64,000 bases of DNA from Bacillota bacterium (lineage in GTDB: Bacteria; Bacillota_I; Bacilli_A; Acholeplasmatales; Acholeplasmataceae). The notes below the pieces were generated by a model. It did not search any database, had not been told where the DNA came from, and saw nothing but the letters and a program-made list of their open reading frames with translations. Shown piece by piece: positions 30,068 through 38,004 of this stretch; position 1 is the stretch's first letter; each line of letters begins with the position of its first letter. The position numbers and the translations under genes are program-made. The stretch is from the NCBI GenBank assembly GCA_018817915.1, contig JAHISX010000043.1:2591-66590 (forward strand), given 5' to 3'.

Positions 30068-30955
30068 ATGAAAAAACATAAAATGAGTCGCGTACTCAGA
30101 GAAAATTTAATTGGCTATTCCTTCATTAGCATTTGGATATTAGGATTTCTGGTCTTCATGTTATATCCATTTATTACTTCAATTATCTACAGTTTAAGTG
30201 AAGTGAAGATTTTAGGCACAGGTATTGAATTCACATTTCAATGGTTTGAAAATTTTAGAAATATCTTTCAACTAGAAGAAGGGTTCGCTTTTGTTGAAGC
30301 GCTCATCTCATTCTTAAAAGAACTTGTTTTCCAAGTACCTATTATTATCGTATTTTCTGTGTTGATTGCTGTTTTACTCAATCAACCCATTAAAGGAAGA
30401 GGTATTTTTAGATCAATCTTCTTTTTACCAGTCATTATTTCTTCTGGACCAGTTATTAATGAGTTAATCTCACAAGGTGCAGGGGGAGCAAATATTTTTG
30501 AAAGTTATGGTTTTATAAGCATTATTGAAAATACTTTAAATCCCGCTTTAGCCGCACCTATTGTTTCTGTCTTCTCACAAATTATTATTATCTTTTGGTT
30601 TTCAGGAGTTCAGATTTTGATTTTCTTGGCTGGCTTGCAAAAGGTCGACCGACAAATCTATGAAGCAGCTCGTGTGGATGGCGCTGGTCCTTGGGAATCA
30701 TTTTGGAAGATCACGTTACCATCACTTTCTAACTTAGTCTTCATCAATATCATCTATACCATTGTCCTACTCGCAACATTCTCAGAAAATGCTGTTATTG
30801 TAAGCATTAAATCGAATATGTTTAATATTAATACTGGATATGGTATGGCATCAGCAATGGCTTGGGTCTATTTCATCGTTGTCATGTTGATTATTGGTTT
30901 GGTAGCTTTAATTTTTATTCCTAAAAATGTAAAAGTTAAGGGGGCAAAGAAATGA
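30068..30955 (+). CDS. Carbohydrate ABC transporter permease (MalF/UgpA type), second system
   Basis: EAA loop RQIYEAARVDGAGPWESFWKITLPSL. RBS aaggaggag. Confidence 0.88.
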   Translation: MKKHKMSRVLRENLIGYSFISIWILGFLVFMLYPFITSIIYSLSEVKILGTGIEFTFQWFENFRNIFQLEEGFAFVEALISFLKELVFQVPIIIVFSVLIAVLLNQPIKGRGIFRSIFFLPVIISSGPVINELISQGAGGANIFESYGFISIIENTLNPALAAPIVSVFSQIIIIFWFSGVQILIFLAGLQKVDRQIYEAARVDGAGPWESFWKITLPSLSNLVFINIIYTIVLLATFSENAVIVSIKSNMFNINTGYGMASAMAWVYFIVVMLIIGLVALIFIPKNVKVKGAKK

Positions 30956-31896
30956 AAAAGATTTTGAAAAATAAACGCCCTACAGACTTTAAGACTAAGG
31001 TAAGAAAATTCTTTTTTGGCACACATGTCACAGATTCACTATTCACAAAAATAGCAATCTACACATTATTAATTAGTATTGGGTTCTTATACATCTATCC
31101 AATGCTCTATATGCTTTCAAACAGCTTGAAGAGTCAATCGGATATTGTGAACCCTATGGTGAACTGGGTACCAACCAGCCTATATTTTGGTAACTATGAA
31201 CGTGCATTTAGTGTACTGAATTATTTCCCAACTTTATGGAAGAGTATGTTTGTTACTTTCTTACCAGCTTTGATTCAAACGTTGGTTACAGCTGTTATCG
31301 GATATGGCTTTGCTAAATTTGATTTCAAGCTTAAAAAGATGTGGTTTGTTTTGGTTTTACTCACATTTGTAATCCCTGTACAGGTTTATATGATTCCTCG
31401 ATATGTCATGTTTTTCAATCTTGATTTATTGGAAAGCCCATTATCAATCATCTTGCCTGCAACATTTGGTCAAGGAATTAATTCAGCAATCTTCGTTTTA
31501 ATCTTTTATCAGTTCTTCAGAATGATTCCTAACAGCATTAATGAAGCTGCTGAAATTGATGGTGCTGGCCCTTATTACATTTTCTTTAAAATTGGTGTTC
31601 CTCTTGCAGGACCAGCATTTATTACATCGTTTTTATTTGGACTTGTCTGGTATTGGAATGAAACCTATATCTCATCTCTTTTCTTAGGCTCCGCGTATCC
31701 GAATATGCAACTAAGACTAGCGAACTTTGTTTCTGAATACACACAAATCTATGCGAGTGATGAATTACTTAGAATCAATGAAGGTGTTCGGTTGGCAGCA
31801 ACCTTACTCATCATTCTTCCAATGCTCATCATATATTTCACAATCCAACGTTGGTTTGTAGAAGGAGTTGAAAAAACCGGAGTTACCGGTGAATAA
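30952..31896 (+). CDS. Carbohydrate ABC transporter permease (MalG/UgpE type), second system
   Basis: EAA loop SINEAAEIDGAGPYYIFFKIGVPLAGP. ATGA overlap with the upstream gene. Confidence 0.88.
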   Translation: MKKILKNKRPTDFKTKVRKFFFGTHVTDSLFTKIAIYTLLISIGFLYIYPMLYMLSNSLKSQSDIVNPMVNWVPTSLYFGNYERAFSVLNYFPTLWKSMFVTFLPALIQTLVTAVIGYGFAKFDFKLKKMWFVLVLLTFVIPVQVYMIPRYVMFFNLDLLESPLSIILPATFGQGINSAIFVLIFYQFFRMIPNSINEAAEIDGAGPYYIFFKIGVPLAGPAFITSFLFGLVWYWNETYISSLFLGSAYPNMQLRLANFVSEYTQIYASDELLRINEGVRLAATLLIILPMLIIYFTIQRWFVEGVEKTGVTGE

Positions 31897-31897
31897 T

Positions 31898-33268
31898 ATG
31901 AAAATTATAAAAAACAAAAAATTACTTTTATTCCTATTTGTTATTTTACTTAGCATAGGTCTTGTATCATGCAAAGAAGAGGTCATCGTGCCTATTGATG
32001 AATTACCAGCAGTTAATACGACACTTTACCGAACAGATGTTCTAACTGGTGTTGAAGAAGTTATTTTAGATGAACTTGAATTGGGATTTAATTTCTTTTG
32101 GGAAACTGCAAATTCCAATCTTGAATCAAGTGGTTATGGACTCATTCCTGATCGCTATAATACCTATACGAATACAGCAGGAAGTGTTGCTTCCACGGCA
32201 TCTGTAGGATTTGGGTTAACAGCTATTCCAATAGGAATTGAAAATAATTGGATTACAAGAGAACAAGGTGAAGAACGTGCATACTATACCATGGTGACTT
32301 TACAAAATATGAGTCGTACACATGGGTTCTGGTATCACTTCATTGACATGCAAACCGGTGCACGGGTTTGGAGTTCTGAAGTATCCATAATTGATACTGC
32401 ACTCTTAATCAATGGCGTCTTAACGGCAGGCAGATATTTTGGTGGACGTGTTGAGCAACTTGCATATGAACTCTATGAAGCCATAGAATGGAGCTGGTAC
32501 TTCGATTATGAAGCAAACAAGTTCTATATGGGCTACAAGCCTGAAACTGGTTTTGAGGGCTATTGGGGTGGTTATGCTGAGCAATTGATGGTCTTTGTAC
32601 TTGCTGCAGGCAGTCCAGATCATTCTGTTGGCAAAGGTGCTTACCAATTAATGAAGTTATCAAGCACAAAAGTAAGCTCAGGTTTAGACTATGGAAGTTT
32701 CTATCCTACATGGACAGGCAGTTTATTTACACATCAATATTCACATGCCTGGATTGATTTTGAATCGTATAATGATGAACAAGGTTACAATTGGTTCACA
32801 AATAGCGTCAATGCTGTCGATGCTGCAATCGCTTATGCAAAATCACAAACTAGTCAATATATCGGTATAAATGAAAACTCTTGGGGCATGTCAGCATGTG
32901 ACGGGCCTAGTGGATATGTAGGAAATTATGGTAGTGGACCATCCGCAGGTAACGCACATTTTGTCGATGGGACAGTTCCGGCTTATGGCGCATTAGGCTC
33001 TATCGTATTTAGACCTGAAGAAGCAATTGCTGCAGCACTTAACTATCGTACCTATGAAAGATTTTGGAGTGTTTATGGTTTTAAAGATGCTTATAATCTA
33101 TCGAATTCAGCAAATGGTTGGTTTGGTAATGACATCATCGGTTTAGATAAGGGGATTTCAGTTGTTATGATTGAAAACTACTTATCCGGTATGGTTTGGA
33201 AGATTTATATGGAAGTTCCATACATCCAAGACGGATTAGAAAGTTTAGATTTTGTTGCTGTTGAATAA
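31898..33268 (+). CDS. Surface lipoprotein, glucoamylase-like (alpha/alpha)6 protein; GH144/PF10091-like candidate endo-beta-1,2-glucanase
   Basis: Start MKIIKNKKLLLFLFVILLSIGLVSC (lipobox). Motifs FFWETAN...SGYGLIPDRY, STASVGFGLTAI, HGFWYHFIDMQTGAR, SIIDTALLINGVL, YGFKDAYN and GLDKG, as I recall them for this family. Confidence 0.55.
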   Translation: MKIIKNKKLLLFLFVILLSIGLVSCKEEVIVPIDELPAVNTTLYRTDVLTGVEEVILDELELGFNFFWETANSNLESSGYGLIPDRYNTYTNTAGSVASTASVGFGLTAIPIGIENNWITREQGEERAYYTMVTLQNMSRTHGFWYHFIDMQTGARVWSSEVSIIDTALLINGVLTAGRYFGGRVEQLAYELYEAIEWSWYFDYEANKFYMGYKPETGFEGYWGGYAEQLMVFVLAAGSPDHSVGKGAYQLMKLSSTKVSSGLDYGSFYPTWTGSLFTHQYSHAWIDFESYNDEQGYNWFTNSVNAVDAAIAYAKSQTSQYIGINENSWGMSACDGPSGYVGNYGSGPSAGNAHFVDGTVPAYGALGSIVFRPEEAIAAALNYRTYERFWSVYGFKDAYNLSNSANGWFGNDIIGLDKGISVVMIENYLSGMVWKIYMEVPYIQDGLESLDFVAVE

Positions 33269-33300
33269 AAAAAAAGGATGTGTTCAACAGAACACATCCT
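33267..33300 (-). terminator. Intrinsic terminator of the GH35 gene, also the end point of the plus-strand operon
   Basis: Perfect 11-bp stem aggatgtgttc (33275-33285) / gaacacatcct (33290-33300) with a 4-nt loop. The U-run is present only on the minus-strand transcript (plus-strand A-run ending at the stem). Confidence 0.75.
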
Positions 33301-33305
33301 AGAAA

Positions 33306-35636
33306 TTAATTCTTGAAATATAATGTTAGTTTTGATTGTACTTTTGCGTGGATCAAACTTGTGAAATGATACGTGTCTGAATCTTTGGTGAATGTATAAC
33401 TTTCATGTGGGATTGGGTGAAGTTTTGTTTGAACGATGATTTCATCTTGCACTTGAGTTAATCTAAGATTGATCTTGTCTTGAGTATAGCTTGTCATTTC
33501 AGCTGTTGACCAGATGATATCAAAATTTGGCAATTTAAGATTAACAGGTAGCATTAGACCTTCTTGAGAGAATAAATCAATTTGTTTACCATCAAATAAA
33601 GGTTGATTATGATTTTTAATTTGGATCTTTTGATCAAAATGTTCTAAATTGAGCAAATGAATCATTGATTCATCATGATTGGATTGTGTTGTTGAAAATA
33701 AGAATCCAGTTGCACCTGTAATTTCTAATGTTGGATGTATATTCAATTGATCAAGAAATGATTGAGTGAGTTCAATGTATCCTGGATAAAGAGAAGTTAT
33801 GAAAACTGCTTGATCACTGATGAATCCTGATTTTTCTTGATTGATTGCATGATTGAATAATGTATTTTCATCTGTTTCTATCGTTTGAACATAAAATGTT
33901 CTAAACTCTTTAGCACCTTTGATTTCATGTTGATAAACCAATGATAGGTTCTTAGATTCCCAATCATAATAAATGGTTTTAGGTTTAATCTTTAAATAAT
34001 CAATCAGCAAGGTACAAGGCTCACCAAACATATCATAAATTGGTAATTCACCAATGAAGAAAGCTTTTCCACCTTGTTTTAAATAATTAACAATCTTTTC
34101 TTGAATTTCTTTTGCTAAATATTGAGCAACACCTAAGACGAGCAGTTTATGAGTTTTAACATTTAAAGACATTGCTTCAAGATGAATTGCTTTCATACGA
34201 TAATGAAGAAGAAGCATATGTTTGAGCAACGTATCCCAAAATAATGAGTTTCTATGAAATTGAAGATTTTCTTGCATTTCTTTCGTTTTCTTGGCATCTG
34301 GATTTGTATACTCAGTCATATAGTAGTCAGTAATAAATCCAATATAGACACCATCATGATCTTCTTTCATCAATGAAAGTTTATCTTGAAGATTTAAAAT
34401 CATTTGAGAAGTGGATTGTAATCTGTCAAAAGTATAATTGGTAGTGCCATCTGGTTGTATAGGTGCTGCGAAACCATGACGCTCACCTGTAATTGCTAAT
34501 CGGTTATTTCCATCAGGTTCACTTAGATGGTCTAATTTTCGATTGAATCCACCAGTTAGCAAATAGTAGTTAATCATTTTATGGCCTTGAGCAATTGACA
34601 TTCTAAGTTTAAAGTCAGATGCTGATGGCAAGTAATGTGTGGATAGATTATCACCGAAGTTACCATCTCCTACATTGAATTCAAGAGAAGTAAGTGGTTG
34701 ACCATCATGGATTGTAGAATCAGTTAACGCGTTGATGATATAGAAATCGTGAAATGTTTCTAAATCAAGATTGCCGAAGTAAACATCTGTACCTGTGATG
34801 ATACCATTATGTTGGTAAGTTTCAATGAGTTGACTAATGCCAATCGGGAATGTTTTCCCTCTGCCAGCAGAAGTCCCATGGATATTTACAAAGTAGAGCA
34901 TGTCTGTCACACCAAATGATTCCCACATGGCTTTAAGATTTTCAATATAAGTTTTAAAACGATTGCGCATCAAGCATCCAAGCGCATCTCTGAATTTGAG
35001 TTGGTTCATTGGATTGGTATCATGAAAGTCTAAGTTTGGAAGCATAACAGATAATTCTTTAAGAACTGAAGGAGTAAGATCTGGTGCATTACTGACCCAA
35101 GATAACATACCTACTTCATTATCTAGTTGAATGCCAATTACATTTCCTCCATGTTGAGCTAAATAAGGTTCTGCAACTTTAAAGACACGATGAAACCACA
35201 ATTTTGTCTCCTTTAAAAATGATGGATCTAAGTAATCAATGGTTGCTGTAGGAACGTTCTTGTTATTCCAGGTTTTAGGTTTAATTTGAGGGTATTTCTC
35301 ATACAACCAATAGGGTAAGCCTTCATTCTTAAGTTCAGCCATGATAAAAGGACCAGGTCTTAAAAAAACCATTAAATCCTTTTGTTGAGCAAGTTCTATA
35401 AAAAGACGTAGATTTTGATTTGAGTGTAAGTGACCATCAAGGTCAACTTCACCTTCAACCTCTTCATGAACAATCCATGGAACATAGGTTGCTACGGTAT
35501 TACAGCCAGTTTGTTTGAGTAAATCTAAATGCATAGACCAGGATTCAACAGGTAATCGAAAATAATGGACTTCACCTGAAAGAATCATGATCGGATTTCC
35601 ATTTTGAAAAAACGACTTAGACGCATAAGTTAACAT
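33306..35636 (-). CDS. Glycoside hydrolase family 35 protein (beta-galactosidase-like fold)
   Basis: ILSGEVHYFRLPVESW...GCNTVATYVPWIVHE...LRPGPFIMAELKNEGLPYWL and QLDNEVG are GH35 signatures. Start set at MLTYASKSFF (ATG 35636, RBS aaggaag) instead of the ORF-track 35714. Confidence 0.8.
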   Translation of the reverse strand: MLTYASKSFFQNGNPIMILSGEVHYFRLPVESWSMHLDLLKQTGCNTVATYVPWIVHEEVEGEVDLDGHLHSNQNLRLFIELAQQKDLMVFLRPGPFIMAELKNEGLPYWLYEKYPQIKPKTWNNKNVPTATIDYLDPSFLKETKLWFHRVFKVAEPYLAQHGGNVIGIQLDNEVGMLSWVSNAPDLTPSVLKELSVMLPNLDFHDTNPMNQLKFRDALGCLMRNRFKTYIENLKAMWESFGVTDMLYFVNIHGTSAGRGKTFPIGISQLIETYQHNGIITGTDVYFGNLDLETFHDFYIINALTDSTIHDGQPLTSLEFNVGDGNFGDNLSTHYLPSASDFKLRMSIAQGHKMINYYLLTGGFNRKLDHLSEPDGNNRLAITGERHGFAAPIQPDGTTNYTFDRLQSTSQMILNLQDKLSLMKEDHDGVYIGFITDYYMTEYTNPDAKKTKEMQENLQFHRNSLFWDTLLKHMLLLHYRMKAIHLEAMSLNVKTHKLLVLGVAQYLAKEIQEKIVNYLKQGGKAFFIGELPIYDMFGEPCTLLIDYLKIKPKTIYYDWESKNLSLVYQHEIKGAKEFRTFYVQTIETDENTLFNHAINQEKSGFISDQAVFITSLYPGYIELTQSFLDQLNIHPTLEITGATGFLFSTTQSNHDESMIHLLNLEHFDQKIQIKNHNQPLFDGKQIDLFSQEGLMLPVNLKLPNFDIIWSTAEMTSYTQDKINLRLTQVQDEIIVQTKLHPIPHESYTFTKDSDTYHFTSLIHAKVQSKLTLYFKN

Positions 35637-35731
35637 TGAGAAACACTTCCTTACTTTATAGGTTAAAGACTCTAGGGCTTTAACAATTGTGATTGCTTTA
35701 ATATATTTTATCATATAAAATAGAAATAGAT

Positions 35732-35747
35732 ATCGAAACGTTTCAAT
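35732..35747. promoter_or_regulatory. LacI-family operator O3 (atcgaaacgtttcaat) in the divergent GH35 / GH144-lacI-GH3-GH94 control region
   Basis: Third copy of the cgaaacgttt-c palindrome. It sits between a candidate plus-strand promoter (TTGCTT 35693-35698 / TAAAAT 35716-35721) and ATG 35758, and upstream of a minus-strand TGnTAAAAT (35705-35713). Confidence 0.6.
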
Positions 35748-35757
35748 GAGGTCAGCT

Positions 35758-36981
35758 ATGAATAAAAAATTACTCGAAGAGATCCAAAAAACTGCATTTC
35801 AATTCTTTCAAGATTTTACAAATTTTAATGAAGAGTCAACTGGCTATGGTTTAACTGTTGACCATACGAATAATTTAGATTCAGCATCCATCGCATCTTC
35901 TGGGTTTATGTTGAGTAGTTTAATTATTGGTGTTCAACATGGATATATTAGCCATGCAGTAGCACTTCATCAAGCAAGAAAGACTTTATTTACACTATAT
36001 CATCACGCTGAGCAACAATATGGATTTTATGCGCATTTCTTTGATATAAATACAGGACAAAGAAGAGGGAAATGTGAATATTCAACCATCGATACTGCAC
36101 TTGCTCTATGTGGTGTACTTGCTGTTGATGCATATTTTAATGATGAGGAAATATCCAAGCTTTCTCAAATGATAGTTGATCGTGTTGATTGGCAAGAATT
36201 CATCTTTGAAAAAGATGGTAAAAAGTTTTTGCACATGTCATATAACCCCAATAAAGATGGTGCGTATGCTTTAGGAAAAGCAGGATTCATTTATCAGTGG
36301 GATATGTTTGCTGAACAACTCATGATGTATGTGATGATAGGCGGAGGAAAATATCAAGATCAAGCAAATGATTTATATCAAGGATTTGCGCGTGATTTTA
36401 GAAGATATGGTGAGTACGAATATTTCATTTCTCCAGGCAACACATTATTCAATTACCAATTCCCTTTAGCATTCCTTAATTTGGAAGGTTATAGAGATAC
36501 TCAAAATATTTCATGGTTTGATAATGCTAAGATAGCAACACTTGCTCACCTTCAATGTTCTCTAGATTATCAAAAGACGTATAAAACATTCAGTAAGGCA
36601 TTCTTTGGATTTAATGCATCTGACACGCCTTTGGGATACCGTGTCTTTAGTGCGCTACCTAATAGCTTAAATGAGTTAAAAACCGATGGAACAGTTGCAC
36701 CTTTTTCAATGATTGGATCATTACCTTTTACACCGGATATCAGTATGGCATCGATTGAAAAAATGCTTAAAATTAATGGTTTGTGGGGACGTTATGGATT
36801 CTATGATGCTTTTAATCTTGAAAAAGATGAACCATGGATCAGTCAAAGATATATTGCAATTGATAAAGGATTAGAAATGCTAATGTGCAATTTTGTATTA
36901 ACTAAGGATGTTCAAAATGCTTTAATGAATCATCCTGTAATTGTTAAAGGTTTAGAAACACTTCATTGGGTAAAAAAATAG
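35758..36981 (+). CDS. Cytoplasmic paralogue of the GH144/PF10091-like glucoamylase-like protein
   Basis: No signal peptide. Same motif set as 31898-33268: TGYGLTVDHT, ASIASSGFMLSS, YGFYAHFFDINTGQR, STIDTALALCGVL, YGFYDAFN, IDKG. RBS gagg lies 6 nt before ATG 35758. Confidence 0.55.
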   Translation: MNKKLLEEIQKTAFQFFQDFTNFNEESTGYGLTVDHTNNLDSASIASSGFMLSSLIIGVQHGYISHAVALHQARKTLFTLYHHAEQQYGFYAHFFDINTGQRRGKCEYSTIDTALALCGVLAVDAYFNDEEISKLSQMIVDRVDWQEFIFEKDGKKFLHMSYNPNKDGAYALGKAGFIYQWDMFAEQLMMYVMIGGGKYQDQANDLYQGFARDFRRYGEYEYFISPGNTLFNYQFPLAFLNLEGYRDTQNISWFDNAKIATLAHLQCSLDYQKTYKTFSKAFFGFNASDTPLGYRVFSALPNSLNELKTDGTVAPFSMIGSLPFTPDISMASIEKMLKINGLWGRYGFYDAFNLEKDEPWISQRYIAIDKGLEMLMCNFVLTKDVQNALMNHPVIVKGLETLHWVKK

Positions 36982-37014
36982 ATTCAATATAGTTTAAAGA
37001 AAAGAGTTGATATC

Positions 37015-37974
37015 ATGACAACGATTAAAGACGTAGCTAAAAAAGCAGGAGTATCAATTTCCACAGCTTCTTATGCAATCAATAATTTACCAAATGTTCA
37101 TCCTGACACTAGAAAGAGAATACTTGAAGCAGCAAAAGAGTTGGACTATCATCCAAATGGTATTGCTCGTAATCTCAAAACACAAAGAACAGGTAACATT
37201 GGCGTCTTCATTTATGGATTTTCTGGACCAATATTTAGTGATGTTCTTGAGGGTATTAGACAAAAACTTCAAGAAAATAACTTTAACATTGTCGTAAGTA
37301 GCGGAAAATCATCTGCAAATCTTCTTCTGGAAAGACAAGTTGATGCAGCTATCGTGTTTGATGGAGAATTAACTGATGATATTTTACTCAATTATGCGAA
37401 ATATGGATTTCCACTTTTCGTCCTTGATCGCAAATTACAAGCAGAAAACATTTATTCAAGTGTTATCGATAATGAAGGTTTGGTCAAACAATTCATCATG
37501 CAGATGATTGAAAAGGGATATGACGATTTTGCATTTGTCAGTGGACCAAGCGATTCATTTAATAATAATCACCGTTATGAAGGTTTTAAAATAGCATTAA
37601 AAAATAAAGGCATTACGCATCATGAGTTTATTGAAAGTGATTTTACGATTCAAGGTGGATATAATGCAGGTAAAAAAGTTCTATCGATGGCAAAAAAACC
37701 TAGATTTGTATATTGTGCCAATGATGAATCTGCCATAGGATTTATGAGAGCAATCAAAGAAGGAGGATTAAGAATTCCTTCTGATATCGCAGTTGCTGGA
37801 TTTGATAACTTCTATATGGGAGAATTCATTTCACCAAAACTAACAACCATCGGTATCGATCACATCCTTTGGGGAAAACAAGTAGCTGGTGTCATTATTG
37901 ATATTGTAACAAATCAAAAGGTTAAAGAAATAGGGCATCCTCAAGGATCCATCATCATGAGAAAGTCTTGCTAG
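37015..37974 (+). CDS. LacI/GalR-family transcriptional regulator
   Basis: N-terminal HTH MTTIKDVAKKAGVSISTASYAINN followed by a periplasmic-binding-protein-like sugar-sensor domain. 319 aa. Confidence 0.92.
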   Translation: MTTIKDVAKKAGVSISTASYAINNLPNVHPDTRKRILEAAKELDYHPNGIARNLKTQRTGNIGVFIYGFSGPIFSDVLEGIRQKLQENNFNIVVSSGKSSANLLLERQVDAAIVFDGELTDDILLNYAKYGFPLFVLDRKLQAENIYSSVIDNEGLVKQFIMQMIEKGYDDFAFVSGPSDSFNNNHRYEGFKIALKNKGITHHEFIESDFTIQGGYNAGKKVLSMAKKPRFVYCANDESAIGFMRAIKEGGLRIPSDIAVAGFDNFYMGEFISPKLTTIGIDHILWGKQVAGVIIDIVTNQKVKEIGHPQGSIIMRKSC

Positions 37975-38004
37975 ACTAGAAGGCATTAGACATTAGGAGA
38001 ACAT

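Noticed and set aside
35637-35714. ORF-track N-terminal extension of the GH35 gene (start 35714)
   Set aside because: The GH35 fold begins near FFQNGNPIMILSGEVHY. ATG 35636 has an aaggaag RBS. The longer version would run through the divergent promoter region and leave almost no room for control elements.
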